A stretch of 64,000 bases of DNA from Armatimonadota bacterium (GTDB lineage: Bacteria > Armatimonadota > HRBIN16): the NCBI GenBank assembly GCA_026003175.1, contig BPGT01000006.1, positions 36,025 to 100,024 on the forward strand. Reading direction: 5' to 3'. How positions within the stretch are numbered: the stretch's first letter is position 1; every line of letters begins with the position of its first letter. A program made the translations under genes and the position numbers. The notes under the pieces are model-generated. The model was not told the origin of the DNA. It saw nothing but the letters and a program-made list of their open reading frames with translations, and ran no database searches. Positions 34,249 through 44,129 of the stretch are shown one piece after another.

Positions 34249-37200
34249 CTATTCGTAAATCAGGATGCGCGGCGGCGCAAGCAGACCGTACGGCACAAAC
34301 CGGTACTCGTCCGTCCATGATTCTGCCGCGGTGAAGCTCTCCGGTCCTACACCATATAGCTCGCCCTGCTGGTGGTGCAGTGGACCGAGCAGGTTGCGCG
34401 GGCTGGTGAATACCTCTACGGTAACCTCGTTTTCGCCCTCATGCACGAGGTCGGTGATGTCTACCTCGTACGGGTGCCACGCCAGCAAACCGGCATACTG
34501 CCCGTTGACGTGCACGCTGCATACCGGCGCGTGCGGTCTCTGGCACTCCAGCACCACACGCTGTGCCTCACCGGGCAGGCGCACCCGCCACGTGAACCGC
34601 TGTGACCCGCAGTAGAACGGATATCCCTGCGAGCACCAGTTATCCAGAGTGATGTTCTCTAGTTCCTTGTCCAGCACGAACTGATGGCTATCTTTCATCG
34701 GCAACACTCCGAAGTCTCCCAGTATCATGATTGGCTCCAGCACCAGCCCCTCCACAAAGTGGAGATGTTGTTCGATCACGTTGACCCCCTTGCGCAGGGT
34801 TCCTGAAATATCCAATTTGCGAAAGCCGATATCCAGCCACCATCCGGTATCCCTGTTATCCACCGCTACGCCGTTCACCACGAAACGGCTGAACTTGGGC
34901 TTTTCCACCACCAACATCACTGGCGATGCTGGTTCGATACGGCTCTCGAAGGTATAGGTCAGCACCACGTCACATGTTTTGGACGGCGAGTGGCGTTCTC
35001 GTTCCCGTTTCCACAACGACACCCCGCTATTGTGCAGGTCAGGGTCAATGCCGAGGTGCTCTGCGAGGCGTAGATGTAGTTTCCACATCGGCAGACGTGG
35101 GGTAGGTGGTTGACCGGGGATGGTCAGTGTGGCGTAATCCAGCAACAGCACGTTTGGTTCGGTGCGCTCCACACGATAGTTGCCATCCAGCTCTATCTGC
35201 ATGGCGGGATGCTTTCTGCGCTCGTAAGTGGAACCCGCACTCCCGTCTAGCACCAGCAGGTGCGACTGCGCTGGGCCGAACGGCAGGACACACCGCACCC
35301 CCTCGCCTGTCCTCTCTATCGGCAGAGTGACAATCTCGCCGGTCTCCGCTTTCCAGAGGCTTAGATGTCCATCGCCGCGCACATGCACAACGAGCTCGCC
35401 TTGATTATCGTACAGTGCACGGTTCACGAGAAACAGCACCAGCGCACCGTCGTCGCTGCGCGCCAGACGCGCATAAACAGAGCGACAGATACTGCCGTCG
35501 AGAGTAGTTACACGCACCGCGGGCGGGAGTAGAGCATCCACTGCCTCCTGCAGAGCGGTAAAATCCTCAGGGATGCGCGTCACGTTCGGATGGCTCCACA
35601 ACGCGGCGAGCTCCTCCCCGGCAGGAATGCCCTCTACCTGCGAGGCTGTCTCACCGACAGCGATAATCCGACCACCGGAGCCGAGCCACTCATGCAATAG
35701 CTGCACGGTACTGCGAGCCAGCGTCAGCGCAGGAGGAATAACCATCAGGCGATAACGTGCTTGCCCGATGACCAGGTACTCACCCTCCACGCGAGCGTGC
35801 CGCTGTATGATAAGCTCATCGCCGAAGTCGTGGTCGTGCTGAATCTCGTTCAGCCAGGTGCTGACGCGTGTGCACGCCTCGCCGTAGCGAGCGCATTGCT
35901 GCAGGTCATTCGGTCGGAAGGTTGCCCACCCGGAGCCGATGGTATGGAGTACCAGCAGTTCACTGCAAGGTGTGCCTGACTGCAGCATCAGCGTCAACCG
36001 CGCCATATAGTCGGAGAGGTAGCGGTAATACTTCCACCACGGCTGCTGGTAGAAGATAGAGGGTGGGAAGTCGCGTTTGCGCCCGCCCCACATCGAGTAC
36101 AGGGCAAGGTGCTGGTTCATATAGGTAACGCCCTGCACGAACAGGTTATCGGCAATCCACTTCTGCTCGGCAAAGGAGATATTCCATCCTGAACAGCCGT
36201 AGGTTTCGCACAGCACGCGCTTCCTGCCCATTTGCCTTGCCACACTGGAAACCTGCCGCGCCAGCAGGGCGTCTGGTAATCGCCTGCCCAGATGGTCAAT
36301 GCCGGGTGAGTGCATGTACTCGTACAGGGGCATTGCTGCGCCGATGGCGGCAATCTGTTCCTGAAAAGTATCTTCCAGCAGGTAGTGTCCCGTGAGGTGG
36401 ACACCATGCTGCTGACACCAGTCGTACAGCTGCTTACCGAAGCTCTGCACGAACATCTGCGTCAACAGTCGATGGAAGCGATAGCGGTGTGCGGGGGCAT
36501 CTGGCGCGTCGAAGAACAGCGCAGGCAACGCCTCTGCCAGCGGATAGCCATAAGCTCTCAGGAACTCTTCAGGCAGTCGTTCGGTGAAGGGCAGCTTATC
36601 AGGTTGGAAGAACTTGCCGTAGTGAGGCTCATCGGTGAAGATGCCCGGCACCGCTTTGCCAAATTGCTCGCCCACTTCGCGTGCGTAGGCATCGTAGGTA
36701 TGGCGCAGGAAGGCAGCGACCGCTTCGGGGTTGAGGGTGTCTAGGTAGCTGCCGCCGTTGTACCAGGGACTGGGCGGGTCGTAACGCCAGACAAACCGAA
36801 CAACCGCTCGCCCGGGCGGAGCCTGTTCCCCCTCGCGAAGCAGGCGAAAATCGCGCAGCTGCCCGTTTTGCTCTACGCAAGAGTAGACCGCTAGCACATC
36901 ACCTTCTTCGACATCATCTGCCGTTCCACGTTGCCAGGTGATGTGCTTTGCGCGAAACGAAGGGTGCATAGCAGGCACATCGCCGCCAGCAAAGCCGGAG
37001 GGCCATCGATCCTCATCGTACAGCCATGCCAGCATCCCCCGCTCTGCAGCGGCGTTCACGCAGGTGCGGATGTGCTGCATCCACTCTTCAGACAGATACT
37101 CGGTCAGCAGACCGGTGCGGGCGTGCATAAAGAACCCACCCATACCCGCCTGCATCATGCTCTCTATTTGACGCACCAGTTCGGCATCGTCCAGTCGGTC

Positions 37201-37269
37201 GTTCCACGACCAGAACGGTGCACCGCGATACTCCATTCCCGGATTGCGAAAAGATTTCATCCATCCCAT
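34249..37269 (-). CDS. large glycoside-hydrolase-like protein (family not assignable by eye)
   Basis: The N-terminus is YRGAPFWSWNDRLD..GMGGFFMHAR, typical of an uncharacterised glycosyl-hydrolase-like group. It has 1006 aa and no signal peptide. Confidence 0.5.
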   Translation of the reverse strand: MGWMKSFRNPGMEYRGAPFWSWNDRLDDAELVRQIESMMQAGMGGFFMHARTGLLTEYLSEEWMQHIRTCVNAAAERGMLAWLYDEDRWPSGFAGGDVPAMHPSFRAKHITWQRGTADDVEEGDVLAVYSCVEQNGQLRDFRLLREGEQAPPGRAVVRFVWRYDPPSPWYNGGSYLDTLNPEAVAAFLRHTYDAYAREVGEQFGKAVPGIFTDEPHYGKFFQPDKLPFTERLPEEFLRAYGYPLAEALPALFFDAPDAPAHRYRFHRLLTQMFVQSFGKQLYDWCQQHGVHLTGHYLLEDTFQEQIAAIGAAMPLYEYMHSPGIDHLGRRLPDALLARQVSSVARQMGRKRVLCETYGCSGWNISFAEQKWIADNLFVQGVTYMNQHLALYSMWGGRKRDFPPSIFYQQPWWKYYRYLSDYMARLTLMLQSGTPCSELLVLHTIGSGWATFRPNDLQQCARYGEACTRVSTWLNEIQHDHDFGDELIIQRHARVEGEYLVIGQARYRLMVIPPALTLARSTVQLLHEWLGSGGRIIAVGETASQVEGIPAGEELAALWSHPNVTRIPEDFTALQEAVDALLPPAVRVTTLDGSICRSVYARLARSDDGALVLFLVNRALYDNQGELVVHVRGDGHLSLWKAETGEIVTLPIERTGEGVRCVLPFGPAQSHLLVLDGSAGSTYERRKHPAMQIELDGNYRVERTEPNVLLLDYATLTIPGQPPTPRLPMWKLHLRLAEHLGIDPDLHNSGVSLWKRERERHSPSKTCDVVLTYTFESRIEPASPVMLVVEKPKFSRFVVNGVAVDNRDTGWWLDIGFRKLDISGTLRKGVNVIEQHLHFVEGLVLEPIMILGDFGVLPMKDSHQFVLDKELENITLDNWCSQGYPFYCGSQRFTWRVRLPGEAQRVVLECQRPHAPVCSVHVNGQYAGLLAWHPYEVDITDLVHEGENEVTVEVFTSPRNLLGPLHHQQGELYGVGPESFTAAESWTDEYRFVPYGLLAPPRILIYE

Positions 37270-37353
37270 CGGCTGATCACCTCGCTTGAGTTTGCCTTTA
37301 TCTGCCTGCCACCCAGCGTATGGCTCTGCTTCCGTTCACTGTGTATCACTCGT

Positions 37354-38679
37354 TCATGGGGAGTAGTAGTTCCATACTGCTTTCGTGCGCCGGTATACAG
37401 GGTTCGTCCACAGGCGTGGGCGGTTTGGGTTCGGGTTGGGAGCAGTGTTCTGGTAAATATGCAGTTCATTGCCCGCCAGCACAATCAGCTCCTCACGCCA
37501 GTCGCCCGCAACGTCTGCCACATACAGCCTGTCCGCCTTCTCCGGGAAGCGCGCGACGAAACGTCCCGTCATGGCGTCAATCACTGCTACGTCGCCCGAC
37601 TCGTGCCGTTCCTTCGCGGCGAGGTGCTGTTTGCCCGTACCGTCCCAGTGGATGGCGTAAATCACCTCAATACCTTTCTCCGTCCAGTCGGGGGGAGCCA
37701 CCTTGCTCAGCTCATAGTCCGCAATGACCTTCCCGTCGGCGTCCAGCACCCAGGGTTTCTGGTGCGTGTCGTATCGGCTGCGGCACCAGATGTGCAGCCC
37801 CTTTCGCGCAGGATCAAACCGACCGACGGCAGCGTTTTGCGGTTCCTGTCGCTTGTAGTCTACCTCCCACAGAAGCCGTTCGCTGTTGAACAAGAACACC
37901 CGGTTCGCGCCCTCTTCCAGCGCCACGATTTCCATGCCCTTCACGTCGGGTTGTACATCGGCGATAAAAACGCTGTCCAGATGCCCGCGCACCTCGGGCA
38001 GTCGGAAGAGTTCCCTGCCGTCCGGCGCGAGGATACACCCGCTTATGATTTCATCCCTGCCATCGCTGTTGATGTCCGCAACACGCAAGCCGTTATGCGC
38101 GCAGGCGAGGAAATTATCTACCTGCCAGAGTGGTCTGGTATTGCCTTTGCGCAGTTCCTCCAGCGCGAAGGCGGCGACGTACCTGCCCATTCGGTAGCCC
38201 CTGGCGTTAGTAGCTTGCAGTACCACATCGCGGTCGCCTTTGCCTCGCAGGTTGACTATCGCCAGATGCTCCCATCGCTCTGCGCCCTCGGGTGCAGGGA
38301 TCTTCGCTTCCCAACGAGCCCTGCCGGTTGTGCCATCCACCACATGCAGGGTGTTGTTGTTGTCCAAGAAGAGCACTTCGGTGCGCTTATCGCCGTCGAT
38401 ATCACCTGCCTGTACGCCCGCACCGTGATGGCCGGGTAATCCTTCCGACTCGGCAGCACCGCCCACGCGCACATCCACTTTCTCCACCCACAGCTTGCGC
38501 CCATCCCAGGCGTACGCTGCCACATGCCCGGGCACAGTTACCAGATAGTCCATTCGCCCATCACTATTCAGGTCTGCTACGATGAGGCTGCCTGCGCTAT
38601 CCCGCGGGGCAGGAATCTCCATTTTGATGACGAAAGGATTGTTCGGATACTCAGGGACATTGCGAGATTGCACTATCAT
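37354..38679 (-). CDS. FG-GAP/beta-propeller protein, rhamnogalacturonan-lyase (PL11)-like
   Basis: Repeated Ca-binding-like DxNxDGxxE motifs (DLNSDGRMD, DIDGDKRTE, DINSDGRDE, DVAGDWREE) and a C-terminal LWTNPVYRRTKAVWNYYSP. The start is uncertain: TTG 38748 would overlap purC, so ATG 38679 is used. Confidence 0.45.
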   Translation of the reverse strand: MIVQSRNVPEYPNNPFVIKMEIPAPRDSAGSLIVADLNSDGRMDYLVTVPGHVAAYAWDGRKLWVEKVDVRVGGAAESEGLPGHHGAGVQAGDIDGDKRTEVLFLDNNNTLHVVDGTTGRARWEAKIPAPEGAERWEHLAIVNLRGKGDRDVVLQATNARGYRMGRYVAAFALEELRKGNTRPLWQVDNFLACAHNGLRVADINSDGRDEIISGCILAPDGRELFRLPEVRGHLDSVFIADVQPDVKGMEIVALEEGANRVFLFNSERLLWEVDYKRQEPQNAAVGRFDPARKGLHIWCRSRYDTHQKPWVLDADGKVIADYELSKVAPPDWTEKGIEVIYAIHWDGTGKQHLAAKERHESGDVAVIDAMTGRFVARFPEKADRLYVADVAGDWREELIVLAGNELHIYQNTAPNPNPNRPRLWTNPVYRRTKAVWNYYSP

Positions 38680-38742
38680 CACCCCTGAAGCAAGATTCGC
38701 AAGAGGAAGCACTTCATCCTTTGGAAAAGAGGTTGGGCATAG

Positions 38743-39666
38743 ATGCAAACAGTTACCTACACTCGAATCCCCGGTTTGCCAGAGCCGAAGCGGGGGAAAG
38801 TACGCGACATCTACGATCTGGGCGATAAGCTGCTTATCGTGGCTACCGACCGCATCTCCGCCTTTGACGTGGTGTTGCCCAACGGCATCCCCGACAAAGG
38901 GCGCGTGCTGACGCAGCTCTCACTATACTGGTTTGAGCGCACACAGCATATCGTGCCCAATCACCTGGTTAGCGCGGATATCGACGCGATCGCGGAAGCG
39001 GTCGCTTCTGCAGGAGCTCAGGTAGACGCCGACGTGCGTGAAATGCTGGACGGACGCTCGATGCTGGTAGTGAAGGCTAAGCCGTATCCCATCGAGTGCG
39101 TGGTGCGTGGGTATCTGGCGGGTTCGCTATGGAAAGAATATGTGCAGGCGGGCGGCAGGGAGAAACCCGTCACACTACACGGCATCCCCTTGCCCGCCGG
39201 GCTGCGTGAGAGCGACCGTCTGGAGGAGCCTATTTTTACGCCTGCCACCAAAGCGGAAGTGGGGCACGACGAGAACATTAGTCTGGAGCAGGCGGTGCAA
39301 ATCGCTGGAGAGGTCGTGCGGGAGCTCGCTCGCCTAAGCGTGGAGATATATCGTTTCGCTCGGGAAGACGCTGTGCAGAAGGGCATCATCATCGCCGATA
39401 CCAAGTTCGAGTTCGGCGAGAAAGAGGGGCGCATCCTGCTCATTGACGAGGTGCTCACCCCGGACTCTTCGCGTTTTTGGGCAGTGGATGATTACGTGCC
39501 GGGACGCTCGCAACCAAGCTTTGATAAGCAGTACGTGCGTGACTGGCTTGAAAGCACTGGATGGGATAAAACCCCTCCTGCCCCCACCTTGCCAGACGAG
39601 GTGGTAGCGAAAACATCCGAGAAATACCGCGAGGCGTACCGGCGCATTACGGGAAAGACACTGTGA
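38743..39666 (+). CDS. purC: phosphoribosylaminoimidazole-succinocarboxamide synthase
   Basis: Motifs [25 protein letters not shown] and TPDSSRFW. Confidence 0.9.
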   Translation: MQTVTYTRIPGLPEPKRGKVRDIYDLGDKLLIVATDRISAFDVVLPNGIPDKGRVLTQLSLYWFERTQHIVPNHLVSADIDAIAEAVASAGAQVDADVREMLDGRSMLVVKAKPYPIECVVRGYLAGSLWKEYVQAGGREKPVTLHGIPLPAGLRESDRLEEPIFTPATKAEVGHDENISLEQAVQIAGEVVRELARLSVEIYRFAREDAVQKGIIIADTKFEFGEKEGRILLIDEVLTPDSSRFWAVDDYVPGRSQPSFDKQYVRDWLESTGWDKTPPAPTLPDEVVAKTSEKYREAYRRITGKTL

Positions 39667-39670
39667 CGAT

Positions 39671-40570
39671 ATGACATCTGCTGATATCGTCGTCGTGCTG
39701 AACCCAAAGGCAGGGCGTTACCGTGCCATCCGCCACAAAGGCACGTTGCAAAACCTCCTGCAGCAGATGGGCAAACACACCGGGTTGACCTGGCGCATCG
39801 TGCAGACCACCGGTCCGGGTCAGGCTACCGAACTGGCAAGGCAGGCGGCAGAGGAGGGCGCGTCCGTTGTGGTAGCTGCTGGCGGCGACGGCACTTGTGG
39901 CGAGGTTGCCAACGGCATTGTGGGCACACCTGCACGGCTGGGGGTTTTGCCACTGGGCACAGGCAACGATTTTGCACGTTGCGCGGGTATCGGCGAGAAC
40001 CTGCAGATAGCGGTAGAAACGCTTTTCACCGGCAAGCCGAGGCGTATCGACCTTGGCGAGGTGGCAGGAAGATATTTCATCAATATCGCCGGTTGCGGAC
40101 TGGATGCCGCCGTTGCCCAACGGGTGAATCAGGGTTTTCGCTTCTTGCACGGAACCGCCGCATACGTTGCCTCGCTCTTTCAGACCATCCTCACCTTCAA
40201 GCCCGTCCCTATGCTTATCCGCGTGGACGGCGAGGAGCTGCGCCTCGAAGCCTTCCTGTGCACCGTGGCGAACACCCAATCGTATGGCGGTGGGATGCGT
40301 ATTGCCCCCTACGCGCAGATAGACGACGGGTTGCTGGATGTGTGCATCGTCAAAGCAGTGAACAAGCTGGAGTTTGTGCGTATCTTTCCACGTGTATACA
40401 GCGGCGCTCACATCACGCACCCCTGCTTCCTGATGCACACCGCGAGGCGGATTCACGTTCAAAGCACTCCCCCCGTGCCCGTGCTGGTGGACGGGGACGT
40501 AATGGGCACTACGCCGGTGGAGTTCAGTGTTCACCCCGAGGCTATCGAGGTGATTCTGCCTGCGAAGTGA
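39671..40570 (+). CDS. diacylglycerol/lipid kinase family protein (YegS/DagK-like)
   Basis: Motifs VVAAGGDGT and LPLGTGNDFAR. Confidence 0.8.
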   Translation: MTSADIVVVLNPKAGRYRAIRHKGTLQNLLQQMGKHTGLTWRIVQTTGPGQATELARQAAEEGASVVVAAGGDGTCGEVANGIVGTPARLGVLPLGTGNDFARCAGIGENLQIAVETLFTGKPRRIDLGEVAGRYFINIAGCGLDAAVAQRVNQGFRFLHGTAAYVASLFQTILTFKPVPMLIRVDGEELRLEAFLCTVANTQSYGGGMRIAPYAQIDDGLLDVCIVKAVNKLEFVRIFPRVYSGAHITHPCFLMHTARRIHVQSTPPVPVLVDGDVMGTTPVEFSVHPEAIEVILPAK

Positions 40571-40699
40571 GTTATCGGTTTTGCGTCTTCCTTACGCCGA
40601 CTGGATGGTGTTTTCCGTTCGCATTGCAAGCATGACGCCTCGCGAACCATGCAAGACCGATTGAAGTGCAGAAAAGGATTGTCGGAGGAGGACTCACCG

Positions 40700-42733
40700 C
40701 TATTCCGTCGTGAGGAAGCGACTGGGCTTGCCCGCGTAACTGATCCATAGCCTTTCCCGGGCGCGCGTACAGGCGACGTAGAGGAGCTGCCTTTCCTGAT
40801 TGATGAAGGCTTCGCGCTCCTGGGGGTCTTCCAGCTGTTGCAACTCTGGCTGGCAGGGAAACCAGAAATCGTCCACCCCGACAACCGCTACAGCCTTAAA
40901 CTCCAGTCCTTTCGCACGGTGCGTCGTACCTACGGCAATGCAGTCAGCACGAGAATCAACCCCTTCGCTCAGCTGGAAACAGGTCAGTCCACGCTTTTCC
41001 AATTCGGGCACCAGCTCATCGAGCACCGTTTTGGCTCGGGCGAATATCGCTATGTCCGCGGGACGATAGTCCTCTCGCAGGAGCGACCATATCCATTCCG
41101 ACAATGCTTCCGCCTCTGCTTGACGGCAAGGGAAGCAGTGCTGCACGGGTTTTTCACCACGCAATACCGCAAGCGGACGCAGGTAGCTTGCCTCTTCGCT
41201 TTCCTCGGTGTCAATCACCTTCGGCAAAAGCTTCTCAGCGTGACTTTGTATCTGCGCTGTCGTTCGGTAGTTCACATACAGACGAGTGCTGCGTCCCTGC
41301 GTGGCAATACCGAGACGAGACCACGGGGTCATCACACGGTAGATGCGCTGCCCGGCGTCTCCACACAGGAAAAGGTCGTCTTCCCCTTCTACACACAATG
41401 CACGCACCAGTGTCAGCTCAGCGGGACCGAAATCCTGCGCCTCATCCACGATCACACACCGGAAGGGGGGATTCTCGCGGACCCTCTCCGCCACGCGGTA
41501 GCAGAGAGTGCTCCAGGTGAAAGCATTCTGGTCATCCAGCCATTGCCACATCCGCTCGAACACGCTCCATATCTGCTTGCGTCTGTCCTGGGAGAGTGCC
41601 ATTTTGCGCCCAAGCCGCTCTGCCTGCAGGTACGCTTCCAGAGTTCGGAGGTTCCATGGCTCAATGACCAAATGCCACTCCAAGCGGAGAAATGCCAGAG
41701 AAACGGGCACTTCTGTTTGCGCATAAAGCTGCGCCAAACCCTGCTCCTGCTCATTGGTATCCGCTATGCGCCATTGTCCGAGATTCCTTCGTGCCCACTG
41801 TGCAGCATACTGGTGCAGATGCTGTACGCGCACACTGTTTGGAATATCGCCAACCAGCAGTCCAAGTTGATAGTGCAACCGTTCAGCAAGACTTCTGCTA
41901 AATGTCGTGAGGAAGATACGCTGACCGGGGTAGCGCCGCATCATCTCCCAGGTTCGATGCAAAGCGACCACCGTTTTGCCTGTACCTGCCGCTCCGGTGA
42001 CTTTCGCTGGACCGTTGTACTTTCGCTCTACCGCAAGACGCTGCTGCGGATGCAGATAGACCAGCCATTTTTCCCAAGGCATGTCTAGCGCTCGTTTCAG
42101 CTCCTCGTAGCTGCCGGGCGTCCAGAATCGTCTGCGGGTGTCTGGATGCTGCATCGGGTCCGCAACGTTTACTTTGACGGGTTCTGGCACTATCTCACCC
42201 CGAAAGAGCTTCTCAATGCGTTCCCACACCTCGGCGGGGAACTCGTCAATGAGCTCAATCAGGTCCTCCTCGCTGGCATATCGCAGGGCTTCTACCCATT
42301 CCTCCGGCACCCCCAGTCGGCGAAGGTAACCCGCATCATAGCGACTGAGAGGGGCATCCACCTCTTGCCTTTTGATAACTTTTTGTATCTCCTCTTCCAG
42401 TAACACCACACGCAAAATATTGCCTTCTACTCTCTCAAAACGGCGTCTCTCTGCCCATCGGTAGGCGTCATCGTGGTGTCCGACATAGCAGAGAACGTAG
42501 TAGCTATCCTGATGGCTGAAGATGATGCGGATTTCATCGTTGACGCGCAGCGACCACCAGTTCCTGTCCGTAGTCTTGTCTAGCCGGTGTACTGAAAAGC
42601 CGGGGGCAGTGGGGTCCTGGGCAAAGTCGAAGCAAGTTTGCTTGACAGCTGCCTGTTCATTGGGAGACAGCCTGTGCAGCGCACGCTGAAAGGTGTCGGC
42701 AATAACCACCTGTGCGAACACGGGACCTTCCAC
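40700..42733 (-). CDS. ParE/RelE-like N-terminal domain fused to UvrD-like SF1 helicase
   Basis: The N-terminus FQRALHRLSPNEQAAVKQ..WSLRVNDEIRIIF..LCYVGHHDDAYRWA is ParE/RelE-like. Helicase motifs are Walker A GAAGTGKT, motif II VIVDEAQD, CGDAGQRIY, THRAKGLEF and YVACTRAR. The start is GTG 42733 or GTG 42721. Confidence 0.7.
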   Translation of the reverse strand: MEGPVFAQVVIADTFQRALHRLSPNEQAAVKQTCFDFAQDPTAPGFSVHRLDKTTDRNWWSLRVNDEIRIIFSHQDSYYVLCYVGHHDDAYRWAERRRFERVEGNILRVVLLEEEIQKVIKRQEVDAPLSRYDAGYLRRLGVPEEWVEALRYASEEDLIELIDEFPAEVWERIEKLFRGEIVPEPVKVNVADPMQHPDTRRRFWTPGSYEELKRALDMPWEKWLVYLHPQQRLAVERKYNGPAKVTGAAGTGKTVVALHRTWEMMRRYPGQRIFLTTFSRSLAERLHYQLGLLVGDIPNSVRVQHLHQYAAQWARRNLGQWRIADTNEQEQGLAQLYAQTEVPVSLAFLRLEWHLVIEPWNLRTLEAYLQAERLGRKMALSQDRRKQIWSVFERMWQWLDDQNAFTWSTLCYRVAERVRENPPFRCVIVDEAQDFGPAELTLVRALCVEGEDDLFLCGDAGQRIYRVMTPWSRLGIATQGRSTRLYVNYRTTAQIQSHAEKLLPKVIDTEESEEASYLRPLAVLRGEKPVQHCFPCRQAEAEALSEWIWSLLREDYRPADIAIFARAKTVLDELVPELEKRGLTCFQLSEGVDSRADCIAVGTTHRAKGLEFKAVAVVGVDDFWFPCQPELQQLEDPQEREAFINQERQLLYVACTRARERLWISYAGKPSRFLTTE

Positions 42734-42890
42734 TCCATGACCAGATTAGGATACCCTGTGACGACCATATTCTACTGAATGTCTATAGACACTTTATACC
42801 ATAATATGTTGCCGCGGTGCAATCGCGAGAGCACAATCTCTATACGCCCCGCAGGATTTTTTTGTCATCCCCTCGAAATTTCGTCATACC

Positions 42891-44015
42891 ATGGGGAAGC
42901 TACTCACCGCCAGCATCACTTACCTGGAGCAGACCGCCCTGAAGCTGCTGCAGGGGTGTCAGGTGAAAGCGCACGACGGCACGGTGCTCTATACGCCTGA
43001 CGGACGAGGCAACTACGCCGCCCTGTGGACGCGCGACTTCGCCTATATGGTAGAATACACCGCCGACCTGATGCCCGCCGAGCACATCGAAGCCTGCATT
43101 CGGTATCTTATCAAAGGACAACGGGAAGACGGCGTAGTGCCCGACCGCGTGCGCCCCGACGGCGTGCCTGTGTATGTCGCTGGACCGGAGAACAACCCGA
43201 TCGGTGAACCCAATCTGGACAACCCGATGTTCCTCGTTCTTGCCAGCGATACCTGCCTGAGGCGCGTCTCCACCAACCGACGCAAGAGCCTCTTCGGCGA
43301 GTGGTCACCTGCGCTGGATAAGGGCATGGATTGGGTTCCCCGCAGTGCGCAGGGGCTGGTGTGGAATAACCCCGAAAAACCGCACTCTCCCTACGGCTTC
43401 ACCGACTGCATCGGCAAGACGGGCGAACTGTTGATGGAATCGCTGCTCTACTGGCGAGCATGTCGGCAGATGGCAAACCTGCACCAGCAGTGCGGCGACA
43501 GAAGGCGGTCACAAGAGTACCTCGCCCGCGCCCGACAGGTGGAGCAGAACCTGGGCAGGCTGTGGGATGAGAAGGCAGGTGCATTCCTCGCCGCCAGCGT
43601 AGATTGCAGGCAGGTGGACATCTGGGGCAACGCCTACGCTCTGGCTATAGGCTTTCCACTGGGCAAGCGCAAGAGCGTGTTGCAACAGACTCTGGTTCGC
43701 CGATACGAACACTACATGTGGAAGGGGCAGGTGCGCCACCTCTTTCAGGGCGAATACTGGCAACGTTTGCTTATCCCCGTGCCGCGCGACCGCTACCAGA
43801 ACGGCGCATACTGGGCAACCGCCTCGGGCTGGGTGATGCAGGCGATACACCCCGTGAACCCGCAACTGGCACAGCGCACCTTTGAGGATCTGATAGCGGA
43901 CTTCCAGCAAAACGGCGTGTACGAGTGCGTACACCCCGATTACCGCCAGCTGGAGAGCTACGTGGTGAGCGCGTGCAACCCGTTGGGTGCAGCACGCAAG
44001 CTGTGGGCACGGTAA
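42891..44015 (+). CDS. (alpha/alpha)6-barrel glycosidase-like protein
   Basis: ALWTRDFAYMVEY and GAYWATASGW resemble six-hairpin glycosidase folds. The family was not assigned. Confidence 0.4.
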   Translation: MGKLLTASITYLEQTALKLLQGCQVKAHDGTVLYTPDGRGNYAALWTRDFAYMVEYTADLMPAEHIEACIRYLIKGQREDGVVPDRVRPDGVPVYVAGPENNPIGEPNLDNPMFLVLASDTCLRRVSTNRRKSLFGEWSPALDKGMDWVPRSAQGLVWNNPEKPHSPYGFTDCIGKTGELLMESLLYWRACRQMANLHQQCGDRRRSQEYLARARQVEQNLGRLWDEKAGAFLAASVDCRQVDIWGNAYALAIGFPLGKRKSVLQQTLVRRYEHYMWKGQVRHLFQGEYWQRLLIPVPRDRYQNGAYWATASGWVMQAIHPVNPQLAQRTFEDLIADFQQNGVYECVHPDYRQLESYVVSACNPLGAARKLWAR

Positions 44016-44129
44016 TCGCATCTTGCGACGGACTACCGGCAGTGGCAATCCCCCCCTCTCAGCAGGTAATTTTTCCATCTACCTCGAAACGAAAACTGAC
44101 CGAAACCTTGTTGTGAAGGAGTAGAGAGG

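Noticed and set aside
36931-38439. 502-aa ORF on the + strand
   Set aside because: It is antisense to two well-supported minus-strand genes and runs across their intergenic gap. It has no motifs and is typical of long antisense ORFs in GC-rich DNA. The same reasoning applies to 44079..45212 (-), 28017..28811 (-), 24916..25938 (-), 40838..42088 (+), 10078..11037 (-), 14250..15050 (-), 16802..17755 (-), 39647..40534 (-), 47462..48256 (-), 48856..49545 (-), 55528..56283 (+) and 22446..23117 (-).
38743-38748. Divergent 6-nt overlap of purC with the TTG start of ORF 37354..38748
   Set aside because: The TTG start has no SD and would overlap the purC start. The internal ATG at 38679 was used instead, and the start remains uncertain.
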